DNA of 64,000 bases from Octopus bimaculoides (GCF_001194135.2 NC_068984.1:18103235-18167234); one strand, 5' to 3'; shown: positions 13,714 through 27,339, numbered from the stretch's first letter. Numbers and translations: made by a program. The notes: generated by a model from the letters alone, not told the origin.

Positions 13714-14169
13714 CATAGGGTGACTTTTTAATGCCTTCTTCAGGTTCATGAATGCAAAATGAATTTGATGTTCTCTTACAGTTGTCGCACCGTGGATGTA
13801 ATATAACAACTTGATTTTTTTCTGTAATCAGCCATCGCTTGTGTTTCCTTCACATTTATAGCAGTGGATGATGGTGCATTTAGACTAATCATTGGGGTAA
13901 AACTCCACAATGCACACTGGACTCTGTAGTGTAATACAGTTGCAATAGAAATCTTTTAAAATGTATGGAAGTATTTCTCTACATTTTCTAGTTTTTTTCA
14001 GTCACTGACTGGAAGCACATCCTTGGCACACTTGGCAGTTAGCTTCCCACTTAGACTCTAGATCAGGGATTGGGCCCCAGTGGTGTTTTCTGTGCAACCT
14101 CAAAGCTTTTCTGAAACATTTTCAATTTTAATGTATTTTTGGGCCATCAAGCAATTGATGACTTGTAGA

Positions 14170-14545
14170 TAGTCCTTTGTGTCATGATTTGCTACATATT
14201 TTTGCATTATCAGTGTTCAGTGTCGCACCACAAGATCCAGTCCTTGTTGTTGTGTGATAGCTTGTGTGCTTTGATGAGCCTGAGAGCTTTTCCAGCAGAG
14301 TACAAGTTCCTGGTAGGGCCTCCCATTACTAGACAGGTGAAAGGATAGAGACCAGAGTAATATGGACCAACTCTTTCCTGTAGTAAAAATGGGTTTACTG
14401 AGGGTCAACACCCCTACCCAGAAAAAGTTAAAAAAAAACTAAGTTATAGACGCATCTGTTGCAATTCAAAACCAGGACCTGGGAGAAGGGAACAGCGGGG
14501 GAAAAGTTGTTGAAAGCTTATGCTGCATAGGGAGTGAGAGGCTTA
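14170..14545 (+). mobile_element. RTE-related repeat (5'UTR-like and 3'-like segments)
   Basis: gagggtcaacacccctacccagaaaaag resembles RTE 5' UTRs and cttatgctgcatagggagtgagagg resembles RTE 3' ends; from memory only. Confidence 0.35.
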
Positions 14546-16650
14546 TATATATGGGAGGGATACACAGGGGTATTCTTATATGTAAGGTATAATACGATAT
14601 ATTCATGTGGGCCATGGGAAAATGTTAAACAAAATCAGAAGTGGACCACTTCAAAGAAGAGTTGTTGATGTCTGCTGTAGATATATTCCCCTTCTACTCA
14701 CTTTCCCTTCCTGACTTTCTAGCTCTTACTTATCCCTTATAACTTTGTCTATGACATTGTTTGACTTCTTGACTTAGCAGTTTTGCATCAGGTAGGAAGC
14801 TTCTGAAGAATACCCAACTCTTATCGCTTAGTTTTACCATTATTTTTCCATTTGGATAGCGAAATAGATACAGGAAAAGATACTGAAAATATTGATGGTT
14901 AATTAACATGCTAAATATTTGAAATGAAAGCCTTTATTACAATTTGAAATTGCTAATTGGAAGAAAGATTTACATCTTTTCAAATAAGTGACAAAAATCA
15001 AGCTCCAAAGATCGTTTTTTCTTCAATTGCATTCCATTTTATTTATCTCTTGTTTATTATGTTGTTGTGAATTAAGTTATTCTTATTTAACAAGCTAGTT
15101 TTATTCTGGGAATGCTATTAAGTATTCTTAGTCTTTTAGCTTTCTTTACAACAGGTTTGAAACTCAAAAGTGATAGCTTTTTTCCTTTTTTTCTTTTCTT
15201 CTTATTCCTTGATGAGTTATAAACTACGAGTATTTGTTGTCAACAAGCTTTCAATTTATTTCTTTTATTTACTTGTTACTAACCAAAGAAAAAACAACAG
15301 TGAGATAAAAGGAACCAAACTAAGGTGAGGCGAGGCGAGGTGGTGGGGAGAAATAAAATAACATCAATGACTTAATGTAATGCCAAATTCTTTGCAAATA
15401 AAAGTCTATTTATTCAATTATTGATTGCTTAAATTATAATTTTTTTTTTTTTCTCGGAACTAGATAAACCAATAGGATTACAAAAGTTCCAGTTGAGCAG
15501 TGCAAAAATCTTATTCCTTAAAATTCGATACATTCAAATAAATCTAGTTTGCATTTAAATTCCTAATCAATATGCATTGCTTTAATTTCCGGCAACTGCA
15601 AGTGTTTCTATTGGGAACCCTACTATTCCATTTCCTCTGTTGACTTTTTTTTTTTCTTCTTTTCTTCATTAAGAAATGAAATTCCATATTAGGACTGTTG
15701 CAGAAAAGATTGTAGTAAAAAGTCAAAAATAATGTAATCAAAAGGAGAAATACAAATCAACTGGAACAAAAAAAATAAATAAATAAATAAATAAATCCCT
15801 CATCCCAACCCGCTGAACATGCAGTTGCTCCATTCTTCCTCTTAATTTGTTTACATTTTTTTTTTGTAAGTAATGTTGTCATGTAATAATATGATCAACA
15901 ATGCACACCTACTGTGTGAAATTTGTGATATTTTGGTTTTGAAGATTAGTGATCATTAATGTAATTTTGATTTCAATTTACATTATTTGTGGCTATCATT
16001 TTTTTTTATCATGCACACGCGAATACATGATGATGATGATGATGATTGCCTCATCTTGTCAGATGATAGCTGTCTCACATTCAACCTGATTGTTCTGATT
16101 TACTTTCATCCCTGTCTGTGTGCAGATGTGACTTTTAACACAGTGCATCCATTGCCATAAGACTTTATAAGATACAAAATGAAGCAAGAAACAAAATGAT
16201 AGTGGAACATCTGTACATCGTTGGATTTAAATAACAAAACCTTTTGCCTCACTCTCAGTGGTCGTAGTAGGTTCCAGTGACAAGCATTGCAAGACGACTG
16301 GTGCTAATTTGACTGCAAGTTTTATATCAGAGTATTTGATTCCTAAAAGAGCTGCCTCCTCAATGGCTTTGTCAAAAATAACATGACCCTCTTCTATTTC
16401 TGAGGAATCTGTTTAATCCATAGATGGGGCCCTGGTATCTATTACCATTCCAGGTCAGAATGGATCTGGGAGTAATGGTAATTAAAGGGTGATGTTATGC
16501 TCCCCCCACAACTTTTGAACTGGAGCCTCACCACTGGATGCAATCATACTGAGGTCATGTGTGTACGTATGTGCGCGCGTGAATGCACACACACAAGTGC
16601 AAATCAAACTGGAGAAGATTATACACAAATACCAAAGGTAGTGTAAAATA

Positions 16651-16958
16651 GTATTTTATTGATGCTGAAAAGACTTCACAAACTGTTACATGGTTTCATG
16701 TAACCAGACAGTCATAAGTATTTAGGGCAATGCAATAATTCATAAATGTTTATGAACATTTGTGATTATTAACTCATCAAATAAACATTTGAAATAATTG
16801 CCCAATCAGCTTTAAGTGTTTTATTTGATGAGTTGGTAATTATGAATGCTAATAAATACTTATAAACTATTTCAGTGTTCTAAATACTCACAATTAACAA
16901 TTGATTATGTGAAACTCTGAGTACTTGTTGTGAAGCTTTTTTAGCTTCAATAAAACAC
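16651..16958. mobile_element. Fold-back (palindromic) element, ~310 bp
   Basis: Terminal ttttattgatgctgaaaagacttcacaa pairs with ttgtgaagcttttttagcttcaataaaa. Inner aactcatcaaataaaca pairs with tgttttatttgatgagtt. Confidence 0.75.
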
Positions 16959-19328
16959 AATATGTATATATGTATATACATACATATGTACATATGTGAA
17001 TAAAAACTTCTAGTTGTGGCATCCTGGTTAATATTATGAAGGACTTAGAATTAGGCAGTTAAATTTAACAGGAAAAAAAATGCTGTCACTGATTAGGAAT
17101 AGTTACCTGTATGTCGCTCTCTACATACACCACATCACCAGTATTATAAATAAGGTATAACATGTACGACAGGCTGTATATGACAAAGACTAATCTTTCT
17201 GTAATTGAATAAAGTCATTTGTATTTTCAATATGAAGAATTTTTTTTTTTTTTTTTTTTTTTTGATTAGGGGCTGGATTTTCTAAGTAACTTTGTATTTC
17301 TGAACATTTAGTTGGTTTTACGAAGTAAATGTAGTTTTGGAAATAGGTAAAAGTGCTATGAACCCTTTAAAAAAATCTTTTTGTGTAAAGAGATGCTTAA
17401 ACTAGTTTATATAGTGAAAAATGTAGTTTGTTGATCTACATTAAAGTGTGTCTAGTTGAGGAATTTGCTCATGTTTATGTCTCAGAGATTTTATTAAAAA
17501 TTGTTTTTCAATGTAGGGAAGAGAAAAAAAGATACAGGTTCTTACGCATGAGCAGTTTTATGGAAGTAATTGACAACCTTTTACAATTCTTTTAGTTTAG
17601 AATTCTGCTATAACACCTTTGCCTTTCTAAGAAAGCTCTCTTGTTCAGTTACTACTTTGTATTGTTGAAATATGCTCTGTAAGTGAAAGGATATTGTCAG
17701 ATATACATTATAATCAACAAATAAAAGATTCCATAGACTCAATACTTAACACTCATGCACAAAACTTTTACTGCTGAATAGTCTTTGTATAAAACTAATG
17801 TTTTTATTTTTTATTCTTTTAGCTTATTCTGTTGTTTCGTTACATTGAATTTTGAAATTTACTGCATTGCAATATATGATCATGAATCAAAACGGAACAT
17901 TTCAAAAATAAGTTTAGTTATATGTATGTACGTACGTATAATATATATATATATATATANNNNNNNNNNNNNNNNNNNNNNNNNNNNNNNNNNNNNNNNN
18001 NNNNNNNNNNNNNNNNNNNNNNNNNNNNNNNNNNNNNNNNNNNNNNNNNNNNNNNNNNNNNNNNNNNNNNNNNNNNNNNNNNNNNNNNNNNNNNNNNNNN
18101 NNNNNNNNNNNNNNNNNNNNNNNNNNNNNNNNNNNNNNNNNNNNNNNNNNNNNNNNNNNNNNNNNNNNNNNNNNNNNNNNNNNNNNNNNNNNNNNNNNNN
18201 NNAATGTTATCTACAGAGTTTTTAATCTCATAAATACACTTTTTACGTATTTCGAAACATCAAAAATGTTTTTAATATTAGAAAAACACAAATTTGAGTC
18301 CATCTGTAGCATGATTGCCTAGCTTTAGCTGAATGACATATTTGGTTTTCATTTTGGATATATTGCTGAATGAGTTTTTGTATATTTTAAAATTTGCAGG
18401 AGGGGAAAAAAACAACAACAAAACATCAAAACAACACAAATATTCCTCACAATTTCGTTTTGAAAAGCAATGATGCACATCAAATCTGATTGTAATCACA
18501 ATCACCATGCACATTTTAATGTTAACATATTCATGTTGGCAGGAATTGGATTTTTTGTTCTCTTATCTATTTTTATGGATGTTATATTTGGAGATAAGAT
18601 ATTTGATTGAAAAATAATTTAAGAATTGCATTGATTCAAGAATTAAGCTGAGGTTCAATATTTTGAATGAGTTTCATGGTAATAAAGCTACCACTGAATT
18701 GCAAGAATCAATAAACTTAATTTTATTTCTGCTACAGCACAATAGCAACAAGCTCTGACCTTGTAACCTTTCAATGCACCATCTATACCAAAGCTTTCCA
18801 AAGTTTTTGAACTCACGAAATGTAAATGCAATAATGTTAAAATTACGACACACTTGTCTGACTAAATACATTAATCTTTAGATCTACTAGATAAAGGAAA
18901 AATGATTAACACTTTTAAATATTTAGTTAAAGGGAACTATTCTGTTTTTAACTGGTCTTTTCTAATGAAGCTACTTTCATGTGATACAGGGATATTTCCA
19001 AGATACTAGGATATATCGGAGACACTCTCTTTGTCTCTACAATATCGAAGAAAAGTCCTTCTTTGTTTTCTGTATTTCAAGTTCATAAATATTGAAATAT
19101 CTCAGCTTGAGGCAAAACTTAAAGCAAAATTACTAATAACAGAAAATACATCTTAATAGACACTCAAACTTCGTTGGGCGACTTCAGTAAATTTCAGTTT
19201 TAGGCAAAGGTCACTGGAATTAGCGCTCTGTTCTTCAGTTACAGCAAACTTCGAGTCAGATGGTAGAGAGATATGAATAGGCTTCTTATCATCATTATCA
19301 ACGTTGTTATCATCATCATGCATGCATG

Positions 19329-19399
<71 letters not shown>

Positions 19400-19930
19400 A
19401 TACTCTCATTCAATCATTCACCCATTTTCCCAATTTTACATGAGTTGGTCATGTCTTCATCAAGATGATATCCTATTGTTGCAGTCCTCCCTCTTCTCAC
19501 TTCATGAGATTCAGTATTTTGATATCAGCCTTCACCACTTTTTTTTTCAATGGCTTCTTCTGTAGGTTTCTTCAACTTGGATCACATGACACCAATTTAC
19601 TCAATTGTCATCCTTTACAAACATCATATATCCTTGCCAGTACTGTTACCTTTTATACCCATTTATTATATCAGCTCATTTGTGCTCTGTCAGTTATGCA
19701 CACATTATACTAGCATTATCCACTAGGGCATGTTTGTCTCCTTTCTTTCCATTTTTCATATACATCCTCCACATTCCAGTTATGTTTCACTATCATGCAA
19801 CATCTCACTTCATACACAACCGTCATATGATCTACCCTTCATTCAGAGAGAGATTTCCTTTGTTGCCAACAGAGGTAATAAACCTCAGAACTTTTCAATC
19901 CCATTCTTACTCTGGTTACTATACTGTTAA
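19400..19930 (-). mobile_element. RTE-clade LINE 3' fragment
   Basis: Minus strand reads KF*GLLPLLATKEISL*MKGRSYDGCV*SEMLHDSET (cf. RTE KFRELLPLL...KGRLY..CV.S.MLHGSETW). The 3' end runs into a (TG)n tract. Confidence 0.8.
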
Positions 19931-19955
19931 AGCACCCACATCTTCTGATAGTTAA

Positions 19956-20143
19956 CCTTTTAGCATTTAAACCAGCTATATCCAGCTGAAAATATCCTAC
20001 CTGTGTTTTGTTCAAACCAGTTAGAAATAGCCTCTCACACCTGCCCTACAATATCACTCAAAGATTAAACCATCATATAATTGAAATCTCAAAGCTATGG
20101 GATAATATATGATTAATTCAAAACAATGTGAATAAATAAAGGG
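19956..20143 (+). mobile_element. piggyBac-like MITE with TTAA TSD
   Basis: TTAA at 19952-19955 and 20144-20147; termini cctttt... and ...aaaggg. Confidence 0.8.
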
Positions 20144-20179
20144 TTAAATCCCTTAGTTGTTAACTACATCTAAGAAGAC

Positions 20180-20530
20180 TTATCTTTTATCTTTTACCTG
20201 TTTCAGTCATTAGATTGTGGCCATGCTTGAGCACTGCCCTGAACAATCTGTCTTAGTCGAGTCATTCAACCCCAATACTTATTTTTTTGAGAAACCTGGC
20301 ACTTATTCAGTCTACCAAGTTATGGGGATGCAAATACACCAACACTGGTTGTCAAGCAATGGTCTCTCTCACACACAAACACTCACACATATATGACAGG
20401 CTTCTTTCAGTTTCTGCCTACCAAATCCACTCACAGTGCTTTTGTTGACTTGAGGCTGTAATAGAAGACATTTGCCCAAGGTGTCATGTAATGGGACTGG
20501 ACCCAGAACCATGTGGTAGGGAAGCAAGCT
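20180..20530 (-). mobile_element. SINE family A, near full length, diverged
   Basis: Colinear with 12345-12762 from tail to head. Confidence 0.85.
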
Positions 20531-20903
20531 GGTGCATCTGCTGTTTCTGAAGTCGTTTAGCTCTCTACACCTCTTGGGAGTTATCTATCGCTTCTTTGCA
20601 CACTTCATATCTGACTTTGATCCACCTAATTTTTCCGCATATGACTTGGATGAAATATCACCTCAGGAATGAGTGGGCATTGAACCTTTTTCAAGTATTA
20701 TTGTCCCAAATTACCTTTAGGACTTGATGTAAAAATCTGCTGAAAATTTTTTTTTTCCAACCTTTCCATTGAGTCTTGATTGGTATGAATCATCCACCAA
20801 ACTAATTCGTGCATAGAACAAAAGAGAGCTATCAACTTTGTTCCTACATTTTGAAATTCATACAAAGCTAGGTTTGTTGTTTCTGATTGAAGTAACAGCT
20901 TAC

Positions 20904-20935
20904 CTGTAAATTTCATAATGAAACTACGAAAATGT
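20904..20935 (-). CDS. Candidate 32-nt exon, (R)HFRSFIMKFT(G)
   Basis: tttttccag acceptor and strong ACAG|gtaagc donor, but a short pyrimidine tract and no recognised homology. Confidence 0.2.
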
Positions 20936-21547
20936 CTGGAAAAACACTTTGTCTGTCTGTCTTTTTTTTTTTTTTTTTTTTTGCTTTTGGCGTTTGTGTG
21001 TCTATTTCTGTTACTAATTGCATTTCATTTATTACCAACATCTTTTCATCTTTTTTTGTTTATGTACCTGCTTTTTAGTTATATAATTAGCAACCACACA
21101 TGCACATTTATTTTTCATGTAAATGTCTACTTACATTTAAAGAAACTAATTTTTTTCTGCAATTCTGCCAGTTTTCACTATAATTTGACCATAAGTAGAC
21201 ACTATAAAGATTTGAATACATAAACACATTCTTAGGTATTTTCTACTCACTCATTACAGAACTGAGCTTTTGACTTTAAATTTTTTCAGCAGGATAGTAA
21301 ATTAACTTACTAGACAGTTTCTTAAATATCAGTAGCTTATTTGTTGAAGTAAGGATGTTTAAATTATGTCTTTACATTCTGGTATTCATTCTGTTTAACT
21401 AATCAAATATTTATATTTGATTAGCTAGCATGTCACCCTAATTTTTCCTTGTGACTTTACAAATAGTTTCAGTTTGTCTTTCAATTCCTTCACACAAGCT
21501 AATCTAACTGCCACCTTCTACTTGTAATATCCATAATTTAACCCTTT

Positions 21548-21615
21548 TATCATCATCATTTAACATCTGTTTTCCATGCTGATGTGGGTTGAATGGTTTG
21601 ACAGAAGCTGGCAAG
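21548..21615 (-). mobile_element. Family B tail fragment
   Basis: catcatcatttaacatctgttttccatgctgatgtgggttg. Confidence 0.6.
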
Positions 21616-22871
21616 GGTTAGAAGGTTCCAAAGAGTAGAGGTGACTGTAGTGGTAGTATAAAAGGTCAGTGAAGAGACAGCTCATTTGTGAGTCAGAGAT
21701 AGTTATTCCTAAGATCTGTGTTGAGTTTGACAGTTATTTACCAAGTAAAATAATAAACATTTAAAAATGAGTCTAACTTGTTGAACCGCTGTTAAGTATG
21801 AACCCCTCCCATCAAAAAATTAAGCCAAAAGTTGTGGCGTGACATTCCACTTCATCTTGAGTGTACCTGCATGACAAGTACCATTATATAAGTTTAGTAA
21901 CAGTTTTATTTTCTTCAATTTTGTTGAAAGTCAGTTTCAAGTAAAACTTAAAATAAAGCAAAAGATGGGCTTAAAAAGCAAAATAAATGTAAAGAAGTGG
22001 AACAATGATTATGTTAATGGTAAATATATGACATTTAAAGTGTGTGACAGTTCCTCTGTTTATTGGTCCAAGAGTAATATTACAGCTCTGTTCTGTTGTT
22101 TCTCTTTGAAACCAGAGATAATTCAGGCTGTGTGTGTATGTGTATGAAATCCTTTACTATATAAATAAAAGAATTTATTTTAAAACTTTTCCATAGATTA
22201 AGCTATATTTGGACAAATTCATTATTTGCTAAGGTTAAGAATAAATGACAGAACTTCCCTTTCATAACATTAAAGTTTAACTGATTAATCTTTATTTCTA
22301 CTGGATTGTCAATTGTAGTGGTTTAATTTTGAAATACATTTTGGCATGATCTGTCTTGAGATTAAACCATAGTTTATTTTTCAGTTTTCTTAATAATAGA
22401 TCTCTTAGGCAATTCTCCCTGTTGTTGATGTATTTTGTTTTTTTTTATGAAGTTTTAACATCAAATCTCCTAAACCCTCTTCATATCTGGAAAGAAATGA
22501 TTTTGAATATTTAAGGTTTTCAATTCAATCAGTGTACTGCACTGTTTTTCTTTTCTTTTTAGTTTACATAAAAACTGTAAGGAAACTGATATACATGCAT
22601 GCGTGTGTGTGCGCGCGCGCCCACACACACACACACACACAGGCCCTTAGAAACTAATAAAGGATCAGCAGTGTAAAGAAGTATGTTGTACAGAGATATC
22701 TTTATGTTGCTGTGTAAGCTGCTAATCTCTTTGAATTCTAAACCTGTTTTGAAATCATAAGAAAGAATTGGACATTTTAAATTTGGCTCCCAACAATTGA
22801 CTTATTTGTTTTGTTTTGTTTTGTTTTGTAACCAGGATACTCCATTTTCCATTTGTGGTTTTTTGGTTATA

Positions 22872-22986
22872 CAGGGTGGGTCAAAATGATGGGACATTTT
22901 AAATGCTAATATCTTGGATTAGAAGACCGACATAGAGTACCAAGTATATTGATACTCTATGTGTCCCATCATTATGGCCCACCTTG
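22872..22986. mobile_element. Tc1/mariner-type MITE, 115 bp
   Basis: TA at 22870-71 and 22987-88; ~25-bp TIRs cagggtgggtcaaaatgatgggaca / tgtcccatcattatggcccaccttg. Confidence 0.85.
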
Positions 22987-23419
22987 TATGATCCACCTAT
23001 ATAGTCATCTTTCAAAGTTATATCTCAATTACTTCTGGTTGTTTACATGTTGAGAAGAAAGGTCAATTATGATGGGAAATTTGTTGCATACAATTATTAC
23101 ACTGATGAAGTTTTTACTGGGTTCTGGTTATATTTTGTCTGAGTGGATCAAACAGTTCCTTCTGCTTGGTCCTTTAGCCACAGATGGAAGTTTTGTTTTA
23201 ATTTCTTTTCTGAAAACTTCTTAAGATAGTATAAGATAGGTTAACCGTTGTTGTTTTTGTCTCAAAATATGGTATATTTTATACAGCAAATGAATTCCTC
23301 AATTATAATATATGTATGCACATTACCTTACTGTTTCTTGTATAGGTTTTGGCTCTAGTATCAAGGTTACCCTCCTGGAAGCAATTAAGAGGTGTTAAAT
23401 ACACCAAGGTCTGTTTGAT

Positions 23420-23901
23420 TAGGGTGCACTCAACACATCGCTAGGGTGTACTCAGCACATTGTGGCGGTGTGTAGCTTAGTAGTTAAAGGTGTAGTGCAA
23501 GTGTGTGGCTTTGTGGTTAGGGTGTTGGACTCATGACTGTAAGATTGTGGTTTCGATTCCTGGACCGATCAATGCATTGTATTCTTGTGGAAAACACTTC
23601 ATTTTTCGTTGTTTAAGTCCACTCAGCTCGCAAAAATGAGTAATTCTCAAATGGACTGGCTTCTTGTCCAGGTGGGTAATAGATATGCCACGGAAACTGG
23701 GAAACCAGCCCTATGAGTCTAAATGACTCATGAAAGATCTTTATCCCTTTTTATCTTCTCTACTCAACACATTACTGAGGTGGGCTCAGCACATTACACG
23801 AGTAGACACAACACATTATAAGAGAACTCTTAAACACATTATTAAGGAACTCTCAACACATTACCAGGCTGTACTCTACACATTATTATTCAACACATTA
23901 T
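23420..23901 (+). repeat. Degenerate ~22-bp minisatellite (core ctcaacacatta) split by a SINE
   Basis: Two units at 23420-23462 and about seven at 23761-23901. Confidence 0.7.
23495..23750 (+). mobile_element. SINE family C (tRNA-derived)
   Basis: Head gtggctttgtggttagggtgttggactcatgactgtaagattgtggtttcgattcc, then aaaacacttcatt...gtccactcagct; related to 29163. Confidence 0.8.
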
Positions 23902-24429
23902 CCTCATGTTGTTGTTGTTGGTTGAATGAAGTAAACCATCAGAACCTATTGTATGTGCTTTGTTTTAAACATAGTGTGTAGCATTCCTCAGTGACGATGC
24001 AGCGTCCAACACTAAATCACTGATTGAATATTGGAGTCTGGTTAACTTCAATTATTAGAACATATTTGTTTGACATTTAGCTTACTTTATATTTCATTGT
24101 CTGCTGGAGATAGTGAAGAAATCTTAATAGCAGCAGGTATCTGAAAATAGTATAGTTTTCTGAAGGTTTTAATTTCAACTAGTTATTGCTTTAGCAAGAA
24201 CAAAATTGATCAATGGACAGTTTTTGGAATTTTTCCAGTGCTTACCTTTTCAGCAATTAGCCAATCGTTGTATAGAATAGTCTTTTAGACTACTTCATTC
24301 TCTTAGATACTGATTTGATGGTATAATGTGTGTGCTGCACAGCTTGCTTTATAAAAACATATTAGATTTTTAAAAACAACTGATATTTCAGAAAAATCAA
24401 TAAAATCTTTCACTATCTTGCTCACAACT

Positions 24430-25150
24430 ATGCATACACACATGCACACTCACTCACACGCGCACACAGACTCACTCACAGATTTTCCCTTCTTTTGATT
24501 GATCACACAGTCTCTCAATCATACACATGTTCAGCCAGTTGCGCTTGTACATGTGCATGCAGACACACAAACACACACACTCATTAGTTCTTGCTCCTAC
24601 ACATGGCTTCCAGTTCCTACACTTGACTTCTCACTCTTGTTGCAACTTCACATATATAGATTCATTTTTGCATGCAATCATTCATTTATGCATGCGCTCA
24701 CACTATGCCGCACAGCACATGCACTGCATTGCGTTCATGCATCACACGCTCGTATGCTGCTCACAAACTCATGCACCCTCACATGTGAACACACACACAC
24801 ACACACACGCACACACACATACATACAATCTTGCATGTGCACATTATGACAAATACATGCTTTCGCATGTGCACGTGCGCTTATATATGCACATGCTTGC
24901 ATGCTCACATGTGACCAATCGCATACACTTGTGAATTACCCACTCGTACATGTGCACAAATGTGCATGAACACACTGATGCACTTACTTGCACATCTGTG
25001 CTCTCCTACATGTATTCACACATGCAGAATCTGGTACATGGACACTTTCTCTTTCATGCTATTTGTCTGTCCTTCTGTGCCTCCAGTCCCCTCTCATTCT
25101 CTCTCTCTCTTTCTCTCCCTCTGTCCTTCTCTCTTTCTGTCCTCTCCCCT
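24430..25150 (+). repeat. Degenerate CA/GCAT low-complexity tract followed by a CT tract
   Basis: Dense cac/catgc/gcac words; source of the spurious His/Cys/Thr-rich ORFs. Confidence 0.8.
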
Positions 25151-25257
25151 CTTCTTTGCTAGTACAGCATACACATTATTCCCTTCAATTTACTGTTTGT
25201 ATGATGGTACTTGATAGCAGGTTTTTATGTACACATTCAATAATTAGACTGAAAATT

Positions 25258-25294
<37 letters not shown>

Positions 25295-26303
25295 AATTGA
25301 CACATCTAATGTATACTGCTATTTCAAGTAGCAAGCAAAAACAATATCATNNNNNNNNNNNNNNNNNNNNNNNNNNNNNNNNNNNNNNNNNNNNNNNNNN
25401 NNNNNNNNNNNNNNNNNNNNNNNNNNNNNNNNNNNNNNNNNNNNNNNNNNNNNNNNNNNNNNNNNNNNNNNNNNNNNNNNNNNNNNNNNNNNNNNNNNNN
25501 NNNNNNNNNNNNNNNNNNNNNNNNNNNNNNNNNNNNNNNNNNNNNNNNNNNNNNNNNNNNNNNNNNNNNNNNNNNNNNNNNNNNNNNNNNNNNNNNNNNN
25601 NNNNNNNNNNNNNNNNNNNNNNNNNNNNNNNNNNNNNNNNNNNNNNNNNNNNNNNNNNNNNNNNNNNNNNNNNNNNNNNNNNNNNNNNNNNNNNNNNNNN
25701 NNNNNNNNNNNNNNNNNNNNNNNNNNNNNNNNNNNNNNNNNNNNNNNNNNNNNNNNNNNNNNNNNNNNNNNNNNNNNNNNNNNNNNNNNNNNNNNNNNNN
25801 NNNNNNNNNNNNNNNNNNNNNNNNNNNNNNNNNNNNNNNNNNNNNNNNNNNNNNNNNNNNNNNNNNNNNNNNNNNNNNNNNNNNNNNNNNNNNNNNNNNN
25901 NNNNNNNNNNNNNNNNNNNNNNNNNNNNNNNNNNNNNNNNNNNNNNNNNNNNNNNNNNNNNNNNNNNNNNNNNNNNNNNNNNNNNNNNNNNNNNNNNNNN
26001 NNNNNNNNNNNNNNNNNNNNNNNNNNNNNNNNNNNNNNNNNNNNNNNNNNNNNNNNNNNNNNNNNNNNNNNNNNNNNNNNNNNNNNNNNNNNNNNNNNNN
26101 NNNNNNNNNNNNNNNNNNNNNNNNNNNNNNNNNNNNNNNNNNNNNNNNNNNNNNNNNNNNNNNNNNNNNNNNNNNNNNNNNNNNNNNNNNNNNNNNNNNN
26201 NNNNNNNNNNNNNNNNNNNNNNNNNNNNNNNNNNNNNNNNNNNNNNNNNNNNNNNNNNNNNNNNNNNNNNNNNNNNNNNNNNNNNNNNNNNNNNNNNNNN
26301 NNN

Positions 26304-26347
<44 letters not shown>

Positions 26348-26350
26348 GCA

Positions 26351-26690
26351 TAGGTACAGACATGGCTGTGTGGTAAGAAACTTGGTTTTGAACCACATGG
26401 TACCGGCTTCAGTCCCACTGTGTGGCACCTTGGCTAAGTGTCTAATACTAGAACTTCAGGCTGACCAAACCTTGTGAGTGAATTTGGTAGACAGAAACTG
26501 AAAGAGCCCTGTTGTATATATATGTGTGTGTCATTGTTTACCTATCTCCCCCCTCACTATCGCTTGACAACCGATCTTGTGTTTACGTCCCTGTAACTTA
26601 GCAGTTCAGCAAAGGCGATTGATAGTATATGTACTAGGCTTGTAACGAATAAGTCCTGGGGTCAATTTCTTTGACTAAAAACCCATTAAG
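26351..26690 (+). mobile_element. SINE family A, 3'-truncated
   Basis: gacatggctgtgtggtaagaa...aataagtcctggggtcaattt. Confidence 0.85.
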
Positions 26691-26702
26691 GAATAAAGGA
26701 AG

Positions 26703-26743
<41 letters not shown>

Positions 26744-27160
26744 NNNNNNNNNNNNNNNNNNNNNNNNNNNNNNNNNNNNNNNNNNNNNNNNNNNNNNNNN
26801 NNNNNNNNNNNNNNNNNNNNNNNNNNNNNNNNNNNNNNNNNNNNNNNNNNNNNNNNNNNNNNNNNNNNNNNNNNNNNNNNNNNNNNNNNNNNNNNNNNNN
26901 NNNNNNNNNNNNNNNNNNNNNNNNNNNNNNNNNNNNNNNNNNNNNNNNNNNNNNNNNNNNNNNNNNNNNNNNNNNNNNNNNNNNNNNNNNNNNNNNNNNN
27001 NNNNNNNNNNNNNNNNNNNNNNNNNNNNNNNNNNNNNNNNNNNNNNNNNNNNNNNNNNNNNNNNNNNNNNNNNNNNNNNNNNNNNNNNNNNNNNNNNNNN
27101 NNNNNNNNNNNNNNNNNNNNNNNNNNNNNNNNNNNNNNNNNNNNNNNNNNNNNNNNNNNN

Positions 27161-27304
27161 GGGCTTCTTCCAAATTCACTCACAAGGCTTTGGTTGGCCC
27201 GAGGCTATAGTAGAAGACACTTGCCCAAGGTGCCACGCAGTGGAACTGAACCCGGGACCATGTGGTTGGTAAGCAAGCTACTTACCACATAACCACTCCT
27301 GCGC

Positions 27305-27307
<3 letters not shown>
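27161..27307 (-). mobile_element. SINE family A, 5' half
   Basis: cacaaggctttggttggcccgaggctatagtagaagacacttgcccaagg...cttaccacataaccactcctgcgcct. Confidence 0.9.

Positions 27308-27339
<32 letters not shown>

Noticed and set aside
23761-23901. CRISPR-like repeat-spacer appearance
   Set aside because: Eukaryotic context, a degenerate 12-bp repeat, very short spacers and no cas genes.
24988-27210. Long ORFs of 165-462 aa in the ORF track
   Set aside because: They consist of X from N-runs plus (TA)n; the same applies to those at 17785-18233, 41133-41661 and 59408-59976.
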